A DNA stretch of 63,953 bases, counting the filler, from Stramenopiles sp. TOSAG23-2 (lineage: Eukaryota), in NCBI GenBank assembly GCA_900128395.1. It is 3 parts of 3 records of this genome, joined end to end, with 100 filler letters (N's around TTAATTAATTAA, not from the genome) between each part and the next. Parts side by side here need not be neighbours in the genome. Positions count along the whole stretch, not along the records: positions 42,717 to 63,953 come from LT649541.1; 2 more parts are not named here. One strand, 5' to 3'. The translations under genes were made by a program, and so were the position numbers. This document shows, piece after piece, positions 55,965 to 63,953 of this stretch (positions are counted from its first letter, which is position 1; each line of letters begins with the position of its first letter). The notes beneath the pieces are model-generated. The model was not told the origin of the DNA and searched no databases. It saw only the letters and a list, made by a program, of their open reading frames with translations.

Positions 55965-56707
55965 CAATAACAAATGCAGTGTAAAAATTATCATGATGGG
56001 TATTTTCTAAATATATATGTACGTATGTATACGTGTACAAACTGTAGAATTCTCTAGTAGTATTATATAGAGATCTAGGATGCAATTACTCGTAGTAAAT
56101 ATTTTCAATATATATATTATATATATATAATTATATATGTACCCCAAAAAAAACAAAATGAAATATATTAGAGTCTATATATACATACAAACATCCAATT
56201 TCAAAATAAGATAAAAAAAAATATACGTATGATGGTGCTGATATCAATCAATTCATTAATAAATAATAGTATATATTTGATAAATAAAAAGGGTTTCTTT
56301 TTCTATAATTCAGTTGTCAAATACGATGTGTACAGCATTATATAGCATTCACACAATAACACACAACACTGTGGTTTTCCTGGCTTTTTTCCTTCTTTCC
56401 ACACAGCAGCTATAAAAGTGTGGATGCCGTAAAAGTCACTATCTAGAGGAGTTTTCCAGCCCCTACAACAAAGTCCTCCATAGTGAGCCCTTAAGAATAT
56501 GACTTTCTTAGGTAAATGTTAAGTACATATACAAGGTATTCTAAAAACGCACGCGATAGATTGAATCCAACATTGCTTCATAGGCATAATATGCTAATAT
56601 ATTCATAGCGTAACAAGTATAATTTATGCTACATTTTTGTGTACCAGTTTTGTCAATCTATTGAAAAGAGTATATTTTACGACTCCAGCAACAGAAAAAC
56701 AAGTACC

Positions 56708-56854
56708 ATGTGCCACTTTTGCAAAAACACAGCAACACACACGTATCACTCCACGTCATTGTGTAAGTTATGCTACACGCAACAAATGCTCGAATATTTG
56801 GTGACGTGGGAAGGTTTATCTTACGAGGAAGCGATTGAAGAAGTATCGAGTTGA
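56708..56854 (+). pseudogene. Tiny ORF with CxxC...CxxC and a truncated chromodomain-like stretch
   Basis: CHFC...CKLC followed by EYLVTWEGLSYEEA (compare chromodomain EYLVKWKGLSYEEATWE). Confidence 0.35.
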
Positions 56855-57008
56855 ATCTGGTTGAGCATCGCGCACAAGCATACTAAGTGGCAGCAGTGTA
56901 TAATAATTATTGTAATTATAATAGTTGTAGTAATCTTTGGTAGTCACTATAGCTTTCCAAAAGTTTATCCGTTTATAAACGCGCACACACAGGAAACCAA
57001 TACAAGCC

Positions 57009-59039
57009 ATGGATACCAAGACTATTGAAATCATAGAGAATCCACAGCATAGTATACAATCTGACAGCGACATCGATCACGAACCTATCCTCGCGAATGC
57101 AAACAGTATGCGCAAGCGAGCACTGTCAGTAAATAGCAAAGAAATTGCACGTGCTGTATTGAATAACTTATCGTGTAAACATATTGGTTGGATCGGTTTT
57201 GCGGCGCTGTTTACAATGCTCTTGGTCAGTGCGGGTCAGTTCGTTATCTTTTTTGTTTACGCAAACAATACCAACAGCAGTAATTTTCAAAAAATCGGAA
57301 GGCCTATGGTATGGATATTTCTTTTATTTTCTATCCTATATTTCCTACGGTTTATGCATATCACAATTACTTGGAAGGACACCCTGAAAGAATCCATTGA
57401 AGCGAAATACGTTCTCGGTACCCCTGAAACCACAACAGACGTAACATTCGTATCCAGAATGAAAGCGAGATACAAAAAGATGACCGCCTACTACGACGAT
57501 AATTTTGATATCAATGGGAAATAGTATCTCTGGATATTGTATGTAGGAGAACTCATGGAGAGTTGGGTTCAGTTCACGAATATCCTTCAAGTCTATTCTT
57601 GTACGTTGCCTGTCGGATGGAATCTAGTGTTTATGTTGATCTTGATTTTTGAATCGTTGAATCGGTGCAAGGTCTTCTACAGAAAAGTGTGCAGCGAGAT
57701 GCCTGACATTAACTTCAACGAACGCAATGTTCAACTGATTCTGGACATTGGAATGGATCTATTCTTCTTGTTTGTACCATTAGCCATCCTGTGGTTTGGT
57801 TTTCGAATTCCAATGTCGATTTCAGAAATCATACGAATTATTATTGTTCCATCCATATCTCTGTTCTCAAAATTACCAACGATTATCGAGCAAGTGGTGT
57901 ACAATCGCGTGAACGAAGATATTGCAGCACAACAGATGAATGTATCAAAATTGGTGAAACGTAAACGCAAATCATTATTTGGGCAATCCGTAAATGAGCA
58001 CGTTGTAGACCTGCAAAATAGATACTTTCCGCGTGCCGCAAAGATGGCGATGTTTTTCTTGAGCATAATCTATAGCATCGTACTGTTGGTACTGATGATC
58101 GGACAATTGGCGAACCTATCGTTAATAGATACATGTGAAAATATGTTTAATGATACGGATGTTTGGAATAATGGATGTGAAATAAAGATACCGTTTTGTA
58201 AGCGGCCATTTTCACCAAAATGCAATTGTGCTTACTTACATATTGAAAATGATTATACGCTGACATTGCCACAGAAAATGACCACGGATATGGATGGACT
58301 GAGGAAAGTTTACGTAAAAAATAGCAACTTGACATCCTTACCAAACAGTATGGAGAATTTAATAGAAATGAGAGATTTTGAAATAGCATTTACTAAGTTA
58401 GAAGCTTTTAATGTTGATGTTAGTAAATGGGAAAACGTTGTTAGGTTATTTTTAATATATAATAATATAAGCCATTACAATGAGGAAGCAATATGGACGC
58501 ATCAAACTCTAGTTAGCCTCGATTTTAGAGACAACGTTGGCTTGAAAATGCCAGGTGCTGATGCTAAAATTTCGATGCCTTCGTTACAATATTTAAATAT
58601 TATGAATAATAGTGTTTCTAGTTACACGATTTTCAACAGTGATCAATTTCCTAGCCTACTTTTATTGTATTTAGATGGTAATGACTTAGTAACGTTTCCA
58701 GACAAATCGATGAAAAAAACATTACGTGAATTAGGCATTGCACGATGTAACTTATTGTCACTCCCGACTTATTTACAAGAGTTTGATAAACTTAAGTATT
58801 TAGACGTACGCTATAACAATATTTCACATGTCGATAGTGGATTGATATCATTAATTAAAAACAAGGACATGGAAACTTATTTTGTTGGAAATGAAATAGC
58901 ATGTCATAAGCACAAAAATTTAGATTGTGAACCATTATGTAGTATATATTGTTCAAGTAGGAATGCGCCAAAAAATAATTATTGTGATACAGAATGTAAT
59001 TCCAAAGAATGTGATTATGATGGCGGTGATTGTAGCTGA
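57009..59039 (+). pseudogene. Multi-TM + LRR + C-terminal Notch/LNR protein interrupted by one in-frame TAG (57522-57524)
   Basis: ORFs 57009-57524 and 57537-59039 share a frame (FDINGK*YLWILYVGE); about 7 TM segments, LxxLxLxxN repeats, LNR-like NNYCDTECNSKECDYDGGDC. Confidence 0.8.
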
Positions 59040-59146
59040 AAGCCGTATAACAGGGGGAATGTTCTACGAACCGCCAAGGTAAAATACACAGAGAAAGTGT
59101 ACTAAAATACATTTTATATTTTCATACGTATTTAATTTGAAATCTC

Positions 59147-62100
59147 TTAACAATCACCATTGCTCCCTCTGCTGAGCAATCTCTTTCTTCTCTTTCCAAT
59201 AGAATTTGTAACTTTATAAATTGTTCCAGTCACCGCAACATTTTTTGAATAATCTTTATTTGATTTATCTTTCAATGCTACCAATTTGTCTTTGCATCCA
59301 GGTTTAGCTTGACAGAGCTTGACATCTCTCAAACCATCGCAGCAACGGTCATTATCGACGTATGCTTTTACTTTCACACTTGCACCAATTAGGTAGTCCC
59401 TAACTTTACAATATGGCAATTCACTTTGTAGGTACCCGTTTTTATCTTCGGTATTCAAATTCACAACGGCAACCCATTCTTTTTCTGTACCTAATGTATC
59501 CATATAAACTTGTTGTATTGAAATATCTTTTGCAGTAAATAATGGTGCAGCTGGACAACTTGTATCTTTGATATCATATCGTAATGATTGTTTCAAATTA
59601 AGCATATAATTTTGATATTCAGATGAAACATCATTTTTCAAATAATGTAATGCAATATTTTTTACATTGGCATTGGATAAATCGATATGACTATACCCTT
59701 TACAACGTGATAGTTTCATCTTTGCTAAATTATCCGATGTCCACGTTGTACCAGCTGTTGCATGCTTGCATTGTTGTTCAGCTTTCGGTATTTTGGATCC
59801 TGGCTTCGCTTGCATAACTTGTTGCATATTCGTATTCCCGTTTTTCCCTAAACGATTTTTAGTATATAATTGGCGTTTACGTAAGAAAGTTTCCATTGTT
59901 TCTAAGAAAGATGTTGATTGTTGTATTTTCATTGGCTTTATTAACAGTGTTTCAATTAACTCATAAAAGTTTCTCATTGCATGTTTATATGGAACAAATA
60001 ATTCACATAATTTAGTTTCGGGATTTCCTGGCTTGTCAACAATACGTGGTCCACATAAGGAAACTTCGTCGAAAAACTCATCTATTGATTTTTCCACTGT
60101 TTTTTTCTGTGATTTATTGATCGATGGAAGCGATTTTATCAAAGCAAGTATACCTTTGTGTAAATAACCATTCTTTTTTATTGAATCGATAACTTCCGCG
60201 TACAAGTTATGACGACTATAATTTCCACCAGATGATAATGCAAATGGTACAATTTCACCACGATTTAATTTACCAGATGGATCTGCACATATTTTCAACG
60301 TTTTATCACGCCGTTCTTTACAACATATATTTGGCCAAAACGATTTTGCTTCTTTATCAATAGATTGTATTTGAAATAAATTATCTAAATCGGAAGTGAA
60401 AGAGCAAAATGATTTTAATAATTCATCACGATTTGTATCAATACATGTTGTATCTTCAATTTTTTCAATTTCATTTGATATTTCAATTGCAGGGAAAATA
60501 ACCGTACCTTTTGCACGTTGTGTTTCACATGATGTTTTCTCATTTGCGTCATCTTGTTTCTTGCGGGATTTCATAAACTGATCATGCCGCATCCTAATTT
60601 GTTCTTTTTGCCACAAACGTGAATTTTTAATAGACAAATCGTTTTGTTTTTCTTTTTGTTGGTCTAATATTTTGAAAATTTTATTGAATCTATCTGTCAT
60701 ACCTTTTGTCAAACCAGGACAATCAGGGGATCCACGTTTGCCACTGGTGGTTGTACCATCTGTGCAAGGCTTACATGGTTCCCCACCTTTGCTTTTATAA
60801 TCTTCCTGGCACATTCGACACGTTCGTTCAGTGGTATTTTGTACATTTTCATATCCATCGGGGCAAGTAGCTTTGCAATCAATTGCTAAACCAGTGGACG
60901 TTTTGATGACATAATTTGCGCATTTTTGGCATTGAATATGATCCCCACCTGGACTATAATGTTGTGATGGGCATTTGTTGCAGATTCTTGTTTTGCATAT
61001 GCATTTATCATCATTGTTACATGCTGTTGTTGAGTGTGAGTTGGTATTAAAGCTGTATTTATTACTATGACCAGAATCATAGAAACAGCCAGGTGGAGAA
61101 TGCGGATAAGCATATTTGCCTACAAATCCTTCATTATTATCAATATTATTCTTACGATTACTTTCAGCTGCTAATTTACATTCTGCTTCTGTTTTTATTT
61201 TCATTTTTTTAGAACTACATTGTGAACCAGATGTACGTATATCGACGGGCAACAAAATACCAAATCCTTCTGTGCAAACGTTTGCCTTTACACATGCATC
61301 AATCGATGTTTGCCCAGTTTTGCCTGCAGTTGATGGTGTATTTCTTGGGCAACTTTTACATTCTTTATTGATACCACCTTTGGAGTATGTATTTATTGGG
61401 CATTTATTACATTTTTTAGTTTTGCATATACATTTATGTCCTTCATAACCACATTGTTTTAACGGTTGAACGTCATTCCAATAATATTTACCAGCACCAT
61501 GAATAGTACTATGAACACATCCAGGTGGTGCATTCGGCCAACTCCCTCGGTGTGCATATCCTTTATTATTATCAATATTATTCTTACTATTATATTCAGC
61601 TGCTGCTATGCATTCTGCTTCTGTGGTTATTTTATAAATTCCACTACATTGGGATGCATCACCAGATGTACGAATATCAGTTGGTAATAAAATACCATAA
61701 CCAGCTTTAACCATAACATCATCTTTTTTGCGCGTGCATGAATCTTCCGAATCTTGTTTACTATTTAAAAATGTATATGGTCGTTCTGCTGGACATGGTG
61801 TACATTTTGGACTAATACCACCTTCACTATATGTATATTTAGGGCACTTCTTACATTTTGATGCTTTGCATATACAGGGACGTTCACCAACACAGTGTGC
61901 AGTTGAATTTGAGTTTGTATTAAAACGATATTTATTAGTATACATGTGATGAAAACATCCAGGTGGATAACCAAATGAAGAAGTTACCGCATATCCTTTA
62001 TTGGTATCAATGCCATTCTCCCTATTAGATTCAGCTGCTGCCTTACATTCTGCTTCCGTTTTTATTTTATTCATACCAGTGCATTGTGGACCGTGCGCAC

Positions 62101-63037
62101 GAATATCTACGGGTTGCAAAACGCCTTCACCAGCTTCGCATACATCTGCTGTTATACATCCATTTATTGATGTTTGCCCTTCTTTGCCTGCGGTTGATGC
62201 TTTATTTGGTGGGCACTTTTCACATTTTGCATTTAGACCGCCTCTTGAATACGTATTCGCTTTGCATGTAGCACATGTAGGTTTTATTTTGCAAATGCAA
62301 TTATAATGAGACGCACAACGAAATTCGGATCCAAAATTTCCATTAAAAGTTACTCCACCATTGCCGCTTATATAACAACCAGGCGGTCTAATTAATTCAT
62401 CAACAACTCTTACTTGCTTCCCCCATCTATATTTAGCAGCTATTTTGCATTCTTCAGCCGACGTTATATATGATGGGCATCTACCAGAAGATTGCATGTT
62501 ATCGGTAACACCTTTCCCTGGTTCGCACATCAGAGCTTTTTCTACATTAACACATGAGTTTGAAGATGTTTGGTTACTACCATCATATGTGAATGGTCTG
62601 TCCACTGGACATGATATACATGTTGCATTGATACCTCCTATACTATATGTATTGATTGGGCATTTGTGACATGTGTTTGGTTTGCAGACACATTTATGTG
62701 TATTTTTACAATTTACTGTTGATTTTGCGTTGTGGTTAAAACTATATGTATTAGAACCAGTTTGTGTAAAATAAAAACATCCAGGTGGGTTAGTCGACCA
62801 AGTCTGATGGATTTTAAATCCTTTATTTTTATCAATACCATTCTTACTATTATATTCAGCTGCTAATTTACATTCTAGCCATGTTGTTATTTTAGATTCA
62901 CCATTACATTGTGATGCTAAACCAGATGTAAATCCATATGGTGCAATACGTTCACCAGCTTTACACTCAAGATCTTCACCTCTAGCAACAGATATTAACA
63001 TAATAAAACATATTTTTAAAACACTAACTTGCTTCAT
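59147..63037 (-). CDS. Secreted Cys-rich protein with five ~130-aa modules (each with an ephrin-receptor-like/GCC2-GCC3 repeat), a coiled coil and an unknown C-terminal domain
   Basis: Signal peptide MKQVSVLKICFIMLISVARG from ATG 63037; repeated ITTxxECxxAA...PPGC...CICK...CxKCPxNTYSxGG; ends KRRKRLLSRGSNGDC. Confidence 0.85.
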   Translation of the reverse strand: MKQVSVLKICFIMLISVARGEDLECKAGERIAPYGFTSGLASQCNGESKITTWLECKLAAEYNSKNGIDKNKGFKIHQTWSTNPPGCFYFTQTGSNTYSFNHNAKSTVNCKNTHKCVCKPNTCHKCPINTYSIGGINATCISCPVDRPFTYDGSNQTSSNSCVNVEKALMCEPGKGVTDNMQSSGRCPSYITSAEECKIAAKYRWGKQVRVVDELIRPPGCYISGNGGVTFNGNFGSEFRCASHYNCICKIKPTCATCKANTYSRGGLNAKCEKCPPNKASTAGKEGQTSINGCITADVCEAGEGVLQPVDIRAHGPQCTGMNKIKTEAECKAAAESNRENGIDTNKGYAVTSSFGYPPGCFHHMYTNKYRFNTNSNSTAHCVGERPCICKASKCKKCPKYTYSEGGISPKCTPCPAERPYTFLNSKQDSEDSCTRKKDDVMVKAGYGILLPTDIRTSGDASQCSGIYKITTEAECIAAAEYNSKNNIDNNKGYAHRGSWPNAPPGCVHSTIHGAGKYYWNDVQPLKQCGYEGHKCICKTKKCNKCPINTYSKGGINKECKSCPRNTPSTAGKTGQTSIDACVKANVCTEGFGILLPVDIRTSGSQCSSKKMKIKTEAECKLAAESNRKNNIDNNEGFVGKYAYPHSPPGCFYDSGHSNKYSFNTNSHSTTACNNDDKCICKTRICNKCPSQHYSPGGDHIQCQKCANYVIKTSTGLAIDCKATCPDGYENVQNTTERTCRMCQEDYKSKGGEPCKPCTDGTTTSGKRGSPDCPGLTKGMTDRFNKIFKILDQQKEKQNDLSIKNSRLWQKEQIRMRHDQFMKSRKKQDDANEKTSCETQRAKGTVIFPAIEISNEIEKIEDTTCIDTNRDELLKSFCSFTSDLDNLFQIQSIDKEAKSFWPNICCKERRDKTLKICADPSGKLNRGEIVPFALSSGGNYSRHNLYAEVIDSIKKNGYLHKGILALIKSLPSINKSQKKTVEKSIDEFFDEVSLCGPRIVDKPGNPETKLCELFVPYKHAMRNFYELIETLLIKPMKIQQSTSFLETMETFLRKRQLYTKNRLGKNGNTNMQQVMQAKPGSKIPKAEQQCKHATAGTTWTSDNLAKMKLSRCKGYSHIDLSNANVKNIALHYLKNDVSSEYQNYMLNLKQSLRYDIKDTSCPAAPLFTAKDISIQQVYMDTLGTEKEWVAVVNLNTEDKNGYLQSELPYCKVRDYLIGASVKVKAYVDNDRCCDGLRDVKLCQAKPGCKDKLVALKDKSNKDYSKNVAVTGTIYKVTNSIGKRRKRLLSRGSNGDC

Positions 63038-63321
63038 TATTATCCACACACAATAAATACAATACAAACAAACTTTCGAAACCAATGTTCTATGTATTCG
63101 TTTCAAACTACTAACTATAGCTACAACGAATGCAACTACGATACCTGTCTCCAATCTCCAAGAAACAGTAAAAAATAATGTCAACGAAAAATGCCAACAA
63201 TTACAAACAATTACGTAGAACCTCCCAAAGCTATGCGTGTCTGATACCGTGTTCTATGTTCACGATAAAAGTATTCGTGTGTTTGGTTACTTCTACGTGT
63301 ACGTGTGTTTTTGCTTTACGT

Positions 63322-63402
63322 GTGTTTTGTTGTTTCTTAATTTGTGTATTATTATCCGTGTTTTGTTGTTTCTTAATTTGTGTAGTATTATCCGTGTTTT
63401 GT
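63322..63402. repeat. 36-bp tandem repeat (~2.2 copies)
   Basis: GTGTTTTGTTGTTTCTTAATTTGTGTA(T/G)TATTATCC twice plus a partial third copy. Confidence 0.85.
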
Positions 63403-63953
63403 GTGTATGTGTTAGTACGTGTGTACCTAATATCTTCATCGTCCTGTCCAGTCTGCTCCTGGAAAATCCCAAAATCCCCCTCTTTTTCCTTTAGAAATCA
63501 CTTCGTATGTCGTTGTAAAGACAACTTACGTATATTGTTAGCTTTCCTATTTGCGTTGTCTTTTTTTTTCGCAGAGGGTCTAACTGGTTGTATTAATTGT
63601 GGATTTTGCCAGCCTTCGATTTCTTCAGCATTAGAAGTCATATTTCTATACTCAAGACTTTAGTTGTTAAGTGTGTGGCAATTATGTTAATATTATTTTA
63701 CTAATCTTTCACGTTATAGCTAAATCTACGAAGTGGGGGTATAATTAGTATTTTTGAAACAGTTTTGTCATTGCGTTCAAGTCTTTTCTTTATTGTGTAA
63801 GAATATTTAGTTCCTCATATATAATTATTGGAAGATCAATGTAATAAAGAGCACAAGCCTGGCTATGGCAAGAACGAAAAGTAACAGCCTTTTTTTTCTT
63901 GCATTCTAGCATTGCTGGGCATTCCAGGCATTAGCTATAGAGCTAGAGATTGA

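Noticed and set aside
57522-57524. TAG reassignment / alternative genetic code
   Set aside because: Several genes end normally with TAG (16051, 24865, 39591, 51587) and the long ORFs have no internal TAG
63420-63645. Minus-strand frame with in-frame TGA (selenoprotein?)
   Set aside because: No redox motif, recognisable family or SECIS; too short to support

Overview
This is eukaryotic, AT-rich, gene-dense and intron-poor DNA. It most likely comes from a flagellated heterotrophic protist; a marine stramenopile-like single-cell or metagenome assembly is an inference from gene content and style, not something the sequence proves. The window holds three pieces joined by two artificial 100-bp spacers (44N-TTAATTAATTAA-44N). 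About eight near-exact 97-191 bp local duplications look like assembly artefacts and break several ORFs. Recognisable genes include flagellar proteins (Dpy-30/GAF RSP2-like, a giant coiled-coil protein with an axonemal dynein light chain-like segment, a PGPGxY/SHIPPO-repeat protein with two fascin-like domains), mitochondrial DnaJ, RPA3, Sec66, a truncated DEAH helicase, a PI-PLC X domain protein, a beta-lactamase-family esterase, PhyH and PLOD-like 2OG oxygenases, a uronate dehydrogenase-like SDR, GH28, a multicopper oxidase, a CREST-family hydrolase, a nonsense-interrupted TM-LRR-LNR gene and a secreted Cys-repeat protein. The most interesting item is a 5'-truncated polyprotein (20149-21259, minus strand) in which acidic DE...(N/H)VG spacers separate several distinct antimicrobial-peptide-like cores. 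Also notable: a retropepsin-like DTG protease visible only after splicing (11687-12805), a strongly enriched intergenic palindrome TACCWGGTA, a 25-bp element shared by two distant loci, and an ER-retained JmjC protein lacking metal ligands. No rRNA, tRNA, CRISPR array or intact transposase was recognised.
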